Assembly: GCA_038087875.1 (NCBI GenBank) | Contig: CM075980.1 | Span: 27,528,001 to 27,592,000 of the forward strand | Origin: Malacoraja senta | Lineage: Eukaryota | DNA: 64,000 nt | Direction: 5' to 3' | Shown here: piece by piece, positions 39,190-53,912 of the stretch | Position numbering within the stretch: position 1 is the first letter of the stretch | How the letters are laid out: every line of letters starts with the position of its first letter | Notes under the pieces: generated by a model | Database searches by the model: none | What the model saw: the letters and a program-made list of their open reading frames with translations, nothing else | Told to the model about the DNA's origin: nothing | Program-made: the position numbers and the translations under genes

Positions 39190-41360
39190 ACAGACCTACC
39201 CTTATAGCCACAACATTATAGCCTGGTCCATTTGAGTTTCTGGTCAATGGTGACTTTCAGGATGCAGAAGGTGGGGGGTTCATCAATAATAATGTCACTA
39301 AATATCAACGGCAGGTCGTTAGACTTCCTCTTGTTGCAGATAGTTATCGCCTGGCCATTCTGTAGCCACACATCCTCCAGGTGTCTTACTAAACAAAGAC
39401 ATGTATTGTGTAGGAAGGAACTGCAGATGCTGGTTGAAACCAAAGATAGACCCAAAATGCTGGAATAACTCAGCAGGTCATAGGTGATGTTGAGTCAAGA
39501 CCCTTGTTATTGCCACATTTGGTGAGGTACTGCACATGAAATTCAATATTGTGCCATCATCAAACATCCCCTTGTGATGGATGATGATCATTATTGTTGT
39601 TGAAGATGCATAGGCCAGGAGACTGTCTTGAGGAACTTCGGTAGTGATACTTGGTCAACAATGATTGACCTTCAAAACCAACATCAATTCCCCTTGAGTC
39701 CTTTATCACATGGATGCCCACTGACTTCCGTTTTTACCACTGCTCCTTCATGCTGCCTTGATATCAAAGGCAATAACGCTCCTACTTTATCTCTGGCACT
39801 CAGCTGTTTGGATCTGTTTGGAGCTGTTTGGATCAAAGATGTGATGTTGTCAGGTATGCAAACTGGGCATCACGAACAGGTTATGGTAAGGTATGTGGCC
39901 CTTGACAGCTTTATCAATGACATTTTCCATCACTGTTGATGATTGAGGGTAGACTAGCTGGATGGTAATCAGCAAGATTTGATTGTCCTGCTTTTTATGA
40001 ACAGGACATACCTGGGCAATTTTCTATGTTGACAGTTGGTTATCGGTGTTAGTACTGATACAGCTTTGACAGAAGCACGGCTTGTCCTGTAGTATAATCT
40101 TCAGTACTACAGTTGAGATATAATCTGGTCCCAGACACTTTGCTGCATTGAGCACTCTCAACAATTTATTCTTTCAGGTGCTGCAAGTCAAATTGGCTGA
40201 GGTCTGGCTTCTGCAATTGTGAGTATCTCAGGAGGATTTCCACGATAGACCTTGCACTGGGAACTTCAAGATGAACATTGCTGGTCCTGCTCACTTTGAG
40301 TATGATGATTTTCCGAGGTCTTCTTTTGTTGGCTGTTTAATGTCCACTAATATGCATGGCCAAATGTGGCAGATCTGCAGAGGTTTAAATCTGATAATTA
40401 CTTGTGGATCGCTTAGCTTAGTTTATTGCATGCTGTTTAGTGCTCCCCTAATCCTTTTGTTGCAGTTACACCAGGTTCACAACTCATTTAAAAAAATGTT
40501 ACCAGTCTTTTTGCAGTCCTCAATCAGTTGATCCAAAGGGTGAAGTTAACTGTGGTCCTGAATATTTCTATCTGCTGCTGATGATCCAGTGCACTTCATA
40601 GATGTCATGTTTTGAACTGGGGTGGAGATCTCTTCTAAAACTAACCCAAGATCAGAATGCTGTTTGACCATGTCAGACTTTTGTTTGATTTATCTGTGGG
40701 ACCCAATTTAGACACATAATGTTGATGAGGAGGGCCTTTCAAAAGTGAGTGGGTTAGGAGATACCACTGTTCGAGAAAAAATGAAATTGGACAGAGTGCC
40801 TGGTTATCAGTGCTATTCAATCTTAAGCTACTCCAATGCAGCAAAATATTCTCAAAATATAGAAACTAGCTTCCCTCTGGTAAATGGTTACTTTGTCAAG
40901 GTGCATTGGACCAGGTGAGGCTGGCAAAAGGGTGTGATTACAATGAATGCCTCAAAGACCTTGGAGAAACATTGTCAAAAAGTTGGAAAGACATTTTCCA
41001 GTCATCAGCACCTCTTCTATGTGTTGTTTAACATAGAAGTGTACTGATTCGTCAGTTGACAGAGTATGTAGGTGGTAATCAGGAGAGGTTTCCCTTACTC
41101 ATGTCTGCCTAATGCCGTGTGACTCTTGCGATCTCGTGTCCTTGTTTTGGACTTCCAGGACTATACGTTTCTACTCCCACCAGCAGGTGTGTCTTAGTTG
41201 TGGGATAGGTCAGCCCAAGGTCTGGGAGGAGTCCAGCATGATGTTTTTATGGGATGATTCTGAGTACAACCATGTCAGACTGTTATTCGACTAATCTGTA
41301 GCACTCCTAATTTAGACACCTGATGTTTATGAAGAGGGCCTTTCAAAAATGAGTGGGTTG
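39190..41360 (-). mobile_element. Old CR1/L2-group LINE, fragmented
   Basis: Minus strand reads KIAQVCPVHKKQD..SNLADYHPASL.SIIN near 40020-39930 and ILKVTIDQKLKWT near 39260. Interrupted by a PLE fragment at about 39400-39505. Confidence 0.65.
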
Positions 41361-43714
41361 GGTGATATTTACCTAGTAATGCAACTGGTTTTATTCTTTT
41401 CCTGCTTCAGCTAAACTGTTATGGGACAACTAAATTGCAGGATGGGCTCAAGAGTCTGAATGAGCATAAAACGTAATACTCCAAAATCCTCCCACGTGTC
41501 AATACATAGAAATATTGTTTTTAAGTGAGAACATTCTTGGACCATTTTTTAGACTTTTCATTCTATACAAACTAAACTTTAATGAGCCATATTACTGTCA
41601 GAGTGAAACAACTTAGTTCTTTATTTATAATTCTAACATAATTATTTTACCAATCTAAATGCTGGATCACAAAACTTTATATTCGTGGTTTCAAATAGTC
41701 AGAGGTTGCATTCATGCACATGTAGTTAAGAGTCAAGAGTGTTTTATTGTCATATGTTCCACACAGAACAATGAAATTCTTACTTGCAGCAGCACAGCAG
41801 AATATGTAGAACAGAATATGTTAAACAACTGAAACACTGGTAAGTTAAAAGGATCAATATTATTTCAAATGCAACCATAGTTGACAGAACAATGATCGCC
41901 ACAGGCAAAAGTTTAACCAAGTCTGAGTAATGGTAGAAAACAAAAAAGGAAAACATTATTTTTAGTTGGTATTATCTGTGCATTATCAAAGAATATTACT
42001 CCGTGATCCATATGCACATTTATTTCCAGTTCATATCATTCAGATTACATTTGTTTTATGGATATAATGTGGCTGAAGTTAAGTAGACAATTTGATTCAA
42101 ATATAATCTTAATGATTAAATTGTGGAATACCCCAGCAGATAATGTGTCTGGATAGAAATGGTTTAGACAGGAAATGTTGAAATTAACACTTTTACGGTT
42201 GGAGTTATAAAATGTGTCAGATTATAAAACAATAACCAAGGGAGATCTCAAAGCATGATTCAGGCACATGTGGTGAAAAATATAATTCTAGGCAAGCACA
42301 AGCAGCCAAACTACAAATGATTCTTGCGATTTAAAGATCAAGTATAATACCTCAAAATTACGATCAGAAGACAAATATTTTCATGCAAAAGTTTTTTAGA
42401 TTAATACGTAAAGAATAAAAATACTATAAAATGCACCAGGCGGTAACTTGGCAAAATCATAAATCACTGAATGTTTTCATGAGCAAAAAATGTATAATCT
42501 AATGATATAAAATAAATATATCAATCATAAATATAACAGCGGGACAGAGAATGGAAACTGCCAACTTATCCCAGATCTTTTTCAGAATATTCCCAGTATA
42601 TTTAAAAAATCAGGAATTTATAAAGCATTTTATCCCTTTAAGGACTTAAAAAATAACTCACTAATTTGCTACATCAGTATATTCTTTTATTTGAGTCTAT
42701 AATGTTCATTGCCAGCTATTCCCATTTCTGTCAGAAATTCAATAATCGAACTGTTAGTCTTTGTCTGCGTATTCAAGACAGTCTGTATTTCAAACAGAAA
42801 ATTAGTACACTCATTGGTGTCCCCCAGCAGGACTAATGTCAAGTAAAAGAATGATCAATCAGCACTCAAACACAATGAAGTGTTCTTAACATTTCAACAA
42901 CAATGCTCAATGTGTTCACAACCACCTCCACACCGCACCATGATTGCATCCTTCCCATTTTGACCCTTGCTTTTTCACCCCTAACGTCAAACCCAAATCA
43001 TTTTTTCTGATTCTCCCTTGCAGCAAGGACTGACAGGTGAGAACGAAGCCCTTGAAAATCATCCTCTCCAATTCCCTTCATACGCATCAGCCAGACAAGC
43101 CTGGGTGATTTCTAGCTACAAACTGAGAAATTACCATTTGAAAAAAGTGCCATCAGACAGTCTGTCTCGAGGGTGAAAATTAAAATCTTCTACCTTGCAA
43201 GATCCAGAGGGAATTCATATTCACAGAATTTCAACCCTCATCATCAGAGGAGCTTGCTATAGAACTGACATCTTTTCATTTCATCAGGCTTATGCTAATT
43301 TTAATAGTACATGCCCAACTTTAATATAGAAACAGGTTGAGCAGCACAGCATGCATGGCACACTATTCAACACTAGAAAGTATTGTTAATATAACATGCT
43401 TAAATAATTAATATTATAAATTATGAAATCAAACTTAATTTTTTGGTTTGAATTAAGTTTATGTTTTAAATCAAACAGAGAAAATATGAAATAGTAAAAA
43501 GTGATATTTTAATACATATATACATTATTTTCCTGGGATATAAAAGTGACCATAAACAATGTTATAATACTCCAAGTGTTTGGTACTTATTTTAGAAATG
43601 CCCAAGGTCAGGTTAGAATTAAACCCAAGAATAGTATATTTAATGTAGGAATTCTAAAATTGAGGCTGCAGCTCTTTTGTACCGTACATAATTTTCAACT
43701 ATATATTAAACAGA

Positions 43715-43925
43715 GCATAACGCAAAGCACTGGAGTAACTCAGGTAGCATCTATGAAGGATTTGGATAGGCAACATTTCGGGTCATAACGCTTCTTTGGA
43801 GATGGTCTGAAGGATTCTGACCCAAAACGTCACCGATCATGTCCTCTACAGATGCTGCTGAACCACTGAGTTACTCAGGTGCTGTGCTTTGCTCAAGATT
43901 CTTGCATCTGCAGTTCCTTTTGTCC
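43715..43925. mobile_element. Head-to-head inverted pair of Penelope-like pLTRs
   Basis: Minus copy 43715-43797 and plus copy 43805-43925, each with a decayed hammerhead motif. Confidence 0.65.
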
Positions 43926-46900
43926 CTATATAGATTTAACATTCCTGTCCTATTTTCGAAAGGATACATATTTGCGATAAGGTTATACAGCTGGTAGCCT
44001 TCTCCAACCAAATAAAAGTGAGAAGTAAGGAAATTGATGTGCAAGTATTGCTTTGCTGCTCGTGTTTATGTTGTAGTCATAAAGTAAATTAGTTCTTTGA
44101 CATAATAATGAACAGATATAAACCTGACCGAAGTGGGAAAAAAAATTCTACTCCCTGCAGAAAATGCACAAACGAACAAGCATGGATTCCATTTTACCTT
44201 CAACTTTATAGATTTTTATTTCTAGTATTGTAGGCTTTTCATGCTTCGTGTATTTTGTTTGTATTCATGGGCTTTAACAAACAAACCACATTAATCTGTT
44301 ACTGCTTGTTTCATTTCTTCTTGGTAAATCAACGATTTTTGAGAAAGTAAATTTGGCTACCAATGCATTTGTAGTAACTTGAGTATCATATCTTGTTTAA
44401 AATCTGAAACACGATATTCAATTAAACAATATCCATGGTACGTCATTGGACCTCATCAGTACCCATATCCTATTCGCATGTTGTACTAAAACTCGCCCAA
44501 ATGATGAACAACTGAAGATTTAGGAATATTATTACACCAAGAGCATTTTTTTCTGAAGTTTAATACCTCATGTAATTTTGTCTCTTTGTGGTGTTCTCAC
44601 TGGAAGTATGCCCATATTTCACAGTATTTTAGTCATGCAATTATTGCATACATCATGTCAACAACATCAACCAAGGAAGGGCATATATATTGATTTACAG
44701 TCTTTTTTTGGAGATATCCAAACATCTAATATTGAGTGGGAGGAAAAGACAAACAGACAAAAGAGTGCAAATGGTTTTGCTGAAGGTTGAAAACGAGTGA
44801 AATGGATGATGTGCGAAATAGAAAGTAAAGATTTTTCAGCATTATTACTTGGGATCACAACTACATTTTCATGTAGAGTCAATGCAGCAGTCTAGTGGCC
44901 TCTAAATGAGGGACCAATAAAGAAACTAATATTTACATCTATCCAATAATGTACCAACTTTCATCAAGTTATTGTCAGCAAAATACAAAAAGCCCCCAAA
45001 GTATGGATGTATTGTAACCATCCATGAATGTCACTTGGCTGTTCTATGACATAAATCTTCACTGCTAATTATGCATACCTATAAACTCGCATACAAACAA
45101 TCCTTCTTCCTTATTTATATACTTGTGTACACTCCAGATATTCCCATCCCTTCTACATCTACTAGGACTTGCTCAAAAATCAGCGCAACTAAAACAAACC
45201 GATTTGTTTTCTTTGTCAACTAAATAGGCAATATCTTTTTAATTTACATCATAGCCAAATATTTTTTAACACATGTCAATTCCAACCTCAGGAATTATTT
45301 TGTGGAATAACAGTGTTTACATTTAAAAGAGAAAGTCAATCACAAACAAAAACGAGAAATTTATCGTGTTAAATTTACAACACTAATATTTCTTACCTAA
45401 TTAGTTGAAGTGGAAATTTGGTGCAAGCGATGTATTTTCAAAATTGGCATAAGAAGGTACTTTTAAAAAATAAGTTAGCTGAATTTATAAATGCCCCAGC
45501 CCCATCACCAAGTAGCTGAGCGGTAATCTGAAAACAGGTTGTTCTTGTGAAATAGGATTAACCCGTAATCATTATATCATTTAAGAATACCATACAAACT
45601 GTAACATAACAAACAGCTTAACATTTTACCTGCATCCAATCTAACAATGCTTCATTTCTTTCTTCCCCTTTTCCTCAAGGACATGGGGACGTTGCATCTA
45701 CCCAGTAAAATGTGTGCATTTCTCTTCCAAATTTCACGTGTTTGATTTGTGATTATTTGCACATTTGGTTATTTATTCTTTATAAGTGTAACAGATGTAA
45801 ACATCTACAAAGAGCTTGCAGGAGGTCTGTTTTAAATAGACATCCTGCATACCAAACAATATTTTGTAAGATACCGCAGAAATCTTAAAAGCAGTAAATA
45901 GAATGATGAGAGAAGTGGCAGGTAACTTTACACACTCGTTACACTAGTGTAGCATTTTTTCATTATTTCTAAACGCATTATCTTATGATTTTTGTTTAGA
46001 AACGCGTGGAGAAAGCAGAACCAGTCCAATAAAGGGTATAAAACAGAAAAATAGTATTTTATTTGAATCATATTTTACAAACTACGACTGTGACCATCTG
46101 CACTATGCATCACATTGAAATTGCCCCGCATTAAAAATTCACCATCAAGTGAATTTTCAAGGGATTTGCAGTAATTAGATGACAAAATGCTGGGAAATCT
46201 CAGCCGCACTGAAGATGTTACTCCGGGGTCAAAGACTCAACACTTTCAGCTGGGTAATTTGTAAGTGTCAATCACGCTCAGCCATCAGAGAACAGATCTA
46301 ACGGCTGAATTCTAAGTAACTTCACAACATAGCCTTCAGCTATGAAGCCTGCTTTTGAAGTACAAGGGTATTTATTACAGAGGCCAAATTTGAAACAAGC
46401 TACATTTAAAAAAAATGCACATTATTATACCGATGTGGATTTTGAAGCATGCTGCTCATCACCAGGAGAAGCAGGGTTGAATCTACCGCCACATTCATCC
46501 TTTACAATCATCAACATCACCTCAAAAACATGAGAGCAGTAAACACATCTTAATGTTGGTAAACAGACCCTCGCCCTAAGACCAGGATCATTATCTACAT
46601 GACAAGAAGCTTACAACATGTTATTTTAAGTGGCTCACTAACACATCTGTTGTTTGGCATGATACTAAGTTCTCTTACACGGCATCAAATTTGAACACGT
46701 AATTAGCTGCGAAAAGCAAAATAGAGTATTTGTGATAGCAACCACAATTCCTTATCACAAATTAATGATGCTCATTTCAAATTGACATCTCCATTAATAG
46801 GGTAACTGCATTTTCCCTTTCCAGGTCAAATGAAACCAGACTAAACTGACATATCCTAAAGCTACAGTACATCAAATGTATTATGCAAAAAAAAAGTCTG

Positions 46901-47054
46901 TGTGGGTCAAAGACTATGTAAATAACATTGCAGCACCTACAGGAGAAACCTTATCCGTATTGCAACACATTGCATAACGTTTTTCCAGAAGAGTTAGGGG
47001 AAAGAGATCGAGAAAATGTTAGTTTCACAAGCCATTTGAAAATATTATAATTTT

Positions 47055-47265
47055 CATTAGAATCAGAGAGCTATACAGTATGGAAACAGGCTCTTCGGCC
47101 CAATTTGTCCATGCTGACCAAGTTGGCATTATGGGATATGCCGGCATTTGGCCCATCTCCCTCTCAACATAGAGGGATATCGACCTTCCTATCCATATGC
47201 TTGTTCAAATGACTTTTGAAAGTCGTAATTGTATCCCTTCTATAGCTTCCTCTGACAGCTCATTT
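47055..47265 (-). mobile_element. CR1 LINE 3' end fragment
   Basis: tacagtatggaaacaggctcttcggcccaa..tgtccatgctgacc, matching the CR1 3' UTR at 56700. Confidence 0.7.
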
Positions 47266-50079
47266 TATTACAAATAATAAACCGCTTAAAAATATAATTC
47301 CCAATACTACTTTGCACTTAACAGTTGTGACGTGGATCGATGCAAATTTCCAGCTTGCTCTCTAGATCTTTTTGGAAAAGTATGTAATTTTGTTCATACA
47401 TGTAATTTATTGATTATTCATCGAGCGTTTTCCATTTCTTTATATCTTCTTGGACCATTACTTCAATTGTTCCTTTTCCCACGTTTGGTTCTGGCTGATC
47501 TACTTTCTTTCACAGAAAACTATATCCAACTTCTGAGTGACAATGAAGGTCCAATGTACCAGAGAGACAATGAAGGTCCAATGTACCAGAAGACTGAGCA
47601 TGGTGCTTCATTAGTTTCCATTATGTTTGAATATCGTGTCTTCAAATGTTTTTGTAACAGTCAATTGCTAATAACGTTATTGCTAAGATTTGATATTTTA
47701 AGGGAAAGCTTACATTGGTCCTATGTGTAGGCCATGTACTCCCTCAATTCACCAGCTTCAGTGTTGCTCTGGCTGCCAATAGGTTAATAAAACCAAGCTA
47801 AATAGAGTGCCCTGTTTGACATATTTCCCTGTGAAGAAAAGCCTGGCATCTGTCTTTTACATTTTCACAGCAACATGGATGAGATCAGGAACTCACTGCC
47901 TTTAGGATTAAATCGATGGTGTACCATGTTTTCTAAAGAACTATGCCAATATGTTACTGTGGAAGGTCAACAATTTAAAATAATGGAGGTAATCTGGGAG
48001 CCTCCTTACAAAAACAATGGAGAAAACATATTCCACACAAGAGCCACATATCCATAAAAAGATTCTAATCCATGTCTCAAACTGAATATTGTGGTCATTT
48101 ATTTTTAAATGTTGAAATTGTGATATCAACTTGTGTAAATAATTAAGCTGCAAGCAAATTCATATAATATTGACATTTGTTCATCAGTATTTTTTATTTG
48201 ATAATGATTTACTGATGGATGTCTTTGTTTTTGGTAAATGAATTCACAACACGCATAAATCCAATGATGGTTTACAGAGGTGCAATCAGACAAAAATATG
48301 GAGAGTGTGGGAAGTAGGTAATAGGAAAAGGTGAGAAAATGCTTGATTGAGAGATATGCTGAGCCTTCGGAGTTTAGCATTTTTCTGTATTTTAATAAAG
48401 TTAAAATACATAGATGTGCTTTATGCTACTGCTGGTATGTAATTCATTTCAACTTGTGTTTTCTTAAAATCTATTTTATAGTTAATGAATCTTGTGTCAT
48501 TTTTCAATCATTCAATTCCCTCGCTGTAAGAGAAGGCAAATAACCTGCCTATAGGTCATTTCCAATGTTGATAAGAGGTTGCTGTTTGCTGGAGTTTGCT
48601 GCCATATCAAGGCTCTACCTTTGCCTACTAATAGTCACTGCAATTCAAAACTAATTCATGTGTGAAGTGCTGCGATTCCCTGTCAGCATTCACAGATGTT
48701 TCACAAAGCATGAATTGTTTAAAAAAAATCCCCAGCAAATGTCATCATCCAAAAGTATAGTTGCAGCAAGAAATTCTGCTCCAGAAATGCAGTACAATTT
48801 TAATGAGCTTAACCAGTTATTCGCATCTACTCCCAGTCTCTGTCTTGTAATGCCAAAATCCAATATTTTAAAGAAACTGATTAAATGAATGTAGATTAAT
48901 AAACAAATGCTTAAATACTTAAAACAAGTTCAAGTTTGTGTCCTTAAATTATGACAAATTTAAATTAACTCTACTAACACCTTTCAAAATTCAGTAACCT
49001 TAAATGTATTTTTCAAGCAGAGTTGAACCATACTCTTACAGCTTGTTCAGAATGACTTAAAATGCAAAATAATTCATGAATTCTCACATCTCTTTTTTAA
49101 TTGCCTCACTTTTGTAGGTGTATTTTCACCATTCTTTTTAAATATGCAGAGGACCATTTGTCATGAATGAGTAATTACTCTGCATTATCTATGAAAATAT
49201 ATAAGTATGAGCACGAGCCAGTGAATAATGAACACTTATTTTATTCAAGTGTACCGATGAGTTTAGTATATAGAGGATCCACATTTGAAAGCAAATGCAG
49301 CCATTTCTAAAACAGCGAGGGCGCAAACAAGCTTGCTGTACAATAAGTAGAATCCACATCCCTAATACTCATGAGGGAATAACTTTAAAAGAAGCCCATC
49401 CGACTCCTAGGGCCCAACAGTGTGTTTATGGCAAGAGAGCAAATTGCTTTCAGTATAGAAATTCCAGCCATAACATATTTAAAAAATTCCACATATGTAT
49501 AAAAATAAATCATCCAGAGATTTTGAACTGAGAAGAAACAGATCCCATTGTTAGATATAACTTTATATGGACTGTACATCCTAATACTCATTAACAGCTT
49601 AACAAAAAAGGTTTAAGTGACTCATTAGATTCTGTCATGTGATCAATTTCCTTTCGTATTCAGAGGTTACTCAGTGATTTCATTCTATTTCTCCACATGG
49701 ATTCTTTAAGAAAAAGGAAATACAGGTGTGATTTTTTTGACCACTGTAATGTACTTGTAGTTGCATTAAGAAAAAAAAAACGCATTTCATTGTGCTATGC
49801 ACAATATTATTTATTGAAGCAACTTTCTAAAATACAATTAAAGTTGAAATCATAGGTGTTAAGTTTCCTTTCAACATTCCTGCATTCATTTTGATTAATT
49901 AGCCTGCAGAAGCCCACAGGTAGTCCAAGGTTTCACTGAGATTGCTCATTCCCTGATCTCATTCTCTACAGATCTGAAGACTGACATCTCTGGTCCAGAT
50001 ATGGACAAGTGCCCAAATCCTGAATGGTAACACGGCATTGAACTGGCATAATCAGGCGACGCAGAACAAGGCCTCCCAT

Positions 50080-50365
50080 GAAGGACCGGAGGGCAAAGCC
50101 TTAGAATAAATCGACAAACCTTTAGAATGGAGATAAGGAAGAATTTCTTCAGCCAGAGGGTGGTGAATCGGTGGAATTCCTTGCCACAGACGGCGGTGGA
50201 GGCCAAGTCATTGGGTATTTTTAAAGCAGATATTAGTAAAGCCATCGAACGTTACAGGGAGAAGGCAGAAGAATGGGATTAAGTGGGAAAAATAGATCAG
50301 CCATGATGGAATAGCGGGGAAGACCTGACGGACCAAATGGCCTAATTCTGTTCCTATGTCTTACG
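50080..50365 (+). mobile_element. CR1 LINE 3' end fragment
   Basis: FRMEIRKNFFSQRVVNRWNSLPQTAVEAKSLGIFKADI, then the 3' UTR ending cctatgtctta. Confidence 0.85.
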
Positions 50366-52134
50366 GACCATTGGAAGCCGCTGGTTTGAACCTCGTGGTT
50401 ACGGAGGAAGTCCCTCGAGTTTAAACATTATAACAGATTTGTTGGGTTGCTGTAGGATTCCCCATCTAGCAATTTCCAAGGATTGCATTGGAGAATTACC
50501 AGGTTGATTTCAATGGGTATTCCTGCAGATAATAGGGCAAAAGGGAAAGTAAATTGTTTTGATTTACTTAGTGTGCTTTGGGTTAGCTTTTAAATTATTT
50601 CATGTAGTTTTAATAATTGTTTATAAGATTTTAATCATGTAAAATTAGTTTCTTCACATTTACGTTTCTAAATTAAATGCAACGCTAGTTTTGACAGAAA
50701 GCAAATCTCCACCTCCAAGTTGGTCTTCCGTCAAAGCTTGTCGGGGGCCATTTGCACGAGGCAATTTGAGGTCAAGTTGCCAATAAAAATCTTGTCACCA
50801 AAGTTGAGGCTGTTAATGCCTTGTGACAATCAAAAGCATTCAAAATTTATTAACAATCGAAAAATAAACAGACTAAAAGACAAAGACACTTAAATCATTA
50901 AAACAGGAAAAGCACAAATAATTAAAATTTATAACAATTCACATTTTTACTCATATTTTACAATCACTATTCAAATGAATGAACAACGCTCCTGATCCAG
51001 GTCTAGGCACAGGGTCTAAGAGTAGTATAAGTGATAGTGAAGTAGAGCAAGCTTCTGCCCTATTGTTAAACTCCGTGCAAGGAACAGTGATGGCATGCAG
51101 CCAGGAAACGATTGGCAGAGCTTAGTTGGAAAGTTTAGAACTTCTGCATTTACGCTCGAGTCACAATATTTGCTGGCACATCAGAATTATGCATATAGTA
51201 TGATGGCCGAATATTCAGTGGAATTGTCTGTCAGCAACTAACTGCCCGTCAGCAACTAACTGCCCATGTCGCTGACAACTACAAGCATCAGCAAAACAGA
51301 ATCATCAAACCCTATTGGCAAGGTCTGGTCTAATAAATTGCTCGGCAAGATTATAAAAGAATGTGGAAAAGTTAACCTGCAGAACAGCCAAGATCAAACT
51401 GAACAATGACATAGACATAAGAGACTGAATAACATACTCCTGCTTGTGTTCATCCAGCTTTCTTTTTATTGAACTTGGCAGTGAAAGTTTACCGGGAGTG
51501 CCTTTTATGAGAGAAGAAAAAGTCAGCCACTTAACACCAAATTAAAGCCAAGATAATGCTGGAACCGGTGGTCACATTTCTACTGGTTTATTTTTTAAGG
51601 CAACAATCTCAACAAAGCTGATTCCAGTCCTGCTGGTGATACAGCACTCAGTGTGGGGCCTTCAGAATGTAAATAACATTACTTATCGTAGCATGAGAAA
51701 AATTCAAGCATAGAAATACTGAAATAAGTCTGGGTAGGACATATAGGGTAGGTCTGATAGGCACAATCCACTTTCAAAACTGCCATAATATAACTACTGA
51801 CACATTATGGGAGTTTACCATTCTAGCTATTGGAAATCAGTGGTCAGCACCTTTCAGGAAACTTGCAATTTCGGAGCTTATCACATTTGTGTGAAAACCT
51901 CTATCTTGACTAATAGTGAAATGGCAGCTGTTCTGCCTCACAATCAAAAAAGAACTGATTACTACTTGAAAACAAAAAAATCAACCTTTCTTTTCTTCCC
52001 AATGGCCCTACATTCCTGGTCTTACTTATTGCAGGATTTGGGAATTGATCCACCTGAGCAAATGCTGGGGAATTTCAATAAACAGATCTGTGTTGCTGAA
52101 CTCCTTGGGAAGTCCAATGGCGGACTGTCTTGAC

Positions 52135-52315
52135 AAAAGTACTTTCTCCTGCAACCGCAGGAGATGCAATACCTGTCACTTTATCTCCCCCCTCAACCAT
52201 CCAAGGACCCAAACAGTCTTTCCAGGTGAAGCAGAGGTTCACTTGCACCTCCTCCAACCTCATCTACTGTATCTGCTGTTCCAGGTGTCAACTTCTCTAC
52301 ATCGGCGAGACCAAC
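52135..52315 (+). mobile_element. Penelope-like GIY-YIG endonuclease fragment
   Basis: CNRRRCNTC, then (frameshifted) FTCTSSNLIYCICCSRCQLLYIGET, which is the PLE-type GIY-YIG motif with CxxC. Confidence 0.85.
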
Positions 52316-53329
52316 AACACCTCTTGCTCTTATGTTCAAATCATTTTCTTATTGAACCGGAGACTGAAAATTTCCAACAAAGTACAACACCACGTAAAAC
52401 TGAAACCCACAGCGGATTGAAATGGTGGTGTGGTGTGCAGCGACAAAGTAAATGTGGGAGCATTTCTTTCGCTGCACAACAAGTGTAAATCTACACCACT
52501 TTTTCATTGTTCTACCATGAGACCTGTACTGAAACCCTAGATTGACAGGTCCGTTTCAAAAACCTAGGTTCATGCATGTCAGAGGCCTCTTATCACACTT
52601 TGTCACTTTTGCAAGCTGCCTTTGCATTAAAAAAATGCTGCAATTAAGTATTTTTATGAAAAAGAAACTTTTCCTTCATGTAATTGAAATTTTAACTGTT
52701 TTGGTTCTTGTGTCTCAAGTCAAGACTCGAATATATTTACAATAAAATGAGTTCATTTATCATTACTTCATCAGCATCAGTTTTTGTGACTGAAGATAGA
52801 TTCAGGAAAAACGTGAGTGGCAATATTGAGTGTATTAATGCACTAACAAAACAGGTATAATTTGTGATGGAAACCAGCTATAGATGAGATTATTGACGAA
52901 GAAAAACTGACGTTCTTCCAGAAAATGTCTGCGAAAATGGCCACGAGTTTGGTGGAATAAGCGAGTTTGGTATTTCAACTGCGCATGCTCAGGTCATAGG
53001 TCACTCGAGATAAACATTCTCGGCAGCTGAGCTGCTGCGTGTATGCAGACCTGCGTTTCATTGGTAGTCAGGATCGAACCAGGGTCTCCGGCGCTGCAAG
53101 CGCTGTTGAATTGCTACTGGAGTAAGATAATGTAGAACAAATGCGAACGGATGATCGACATGGACTTGGTGGGCCAAAGGGCTTGTTTCCGTGCTGTGTC
53201 CTGAAACCAAATTAATCTAAATAGGTAAAGGTAAGTCATCAGAGGACGCAGGGAGGGTGACAAGGAACAGGTGGGATTGAGGGGAGGAAGGAAAGTTGGC
53301 TGGGACCAAATTCTGGGACCAGAAACCAT

Positions 53330-53860
53330 GCACCCTCTCCTGCAAACCCCTAGGAGGCAGATTTGTGAGCAGAGTCTCACTACCGTCCCCATCCTCTCCC
53401 GAGTGTCACATCCCCGTCCGGGGGCGGCCGGAGATGTCCGGAGTGACGGAACACTGGCCCGGAGCAGTGGCGGCCCCGGGCTTACAGCCAGCGTGCAGAA
53501 GAAGCGCTAACTCCAGCTCAACTCTGCTCCAACTACCAAGGAACCCGTACCCCAATGGGCCGGGGACCGTCAGCTGCACCTCTCGCCTTATCCAGTGGCT
53601 GTCTGTTATTATACAGTGTGAACCACGCACCCCTCTCCTGCATAACCCCAGGAGGCAGATTTGTGAGCAGAGTCTCACTACCGTCCCCGTGCCCTCCCGA
53701 GTGTCCCATCCCTGTCCGGGGGCGGCCGGAGATGTCCGGGGTGATGGGACACCGGCCCGGCGCAGTGGCGGCCCCAGCCTTACAGCCAGCGCTAACTCCA
53801 GCTCGACTCTGCTCCAACTACCGACGGGCCGACTGTCAGCTGCACCTCTCGCCTTATCCG
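53330..53860 (+). repeat. Diverged tandem duplication of a ~270-300 bp GC-rich unit
   Basis: gcaccctctcctgca...ggaggcagatttgtgagcagagtctcactaccgtcccc... at ~53330 and ~53627, followed by an (AG)n tract at 53874-53908. Confidence 0.85.
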
Positions 53861-53871
53861 GTTAACCCCCT

Positions 53872-53912
<41 letters not shown>

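Noticed and set aside
49356-49592. CCTAATACTCAT direct repeat ~220 bp apart as a TSD
   Set aside because: The intervening sequence has no tail, TIR or recognisable element, so chance cannot be excluded.
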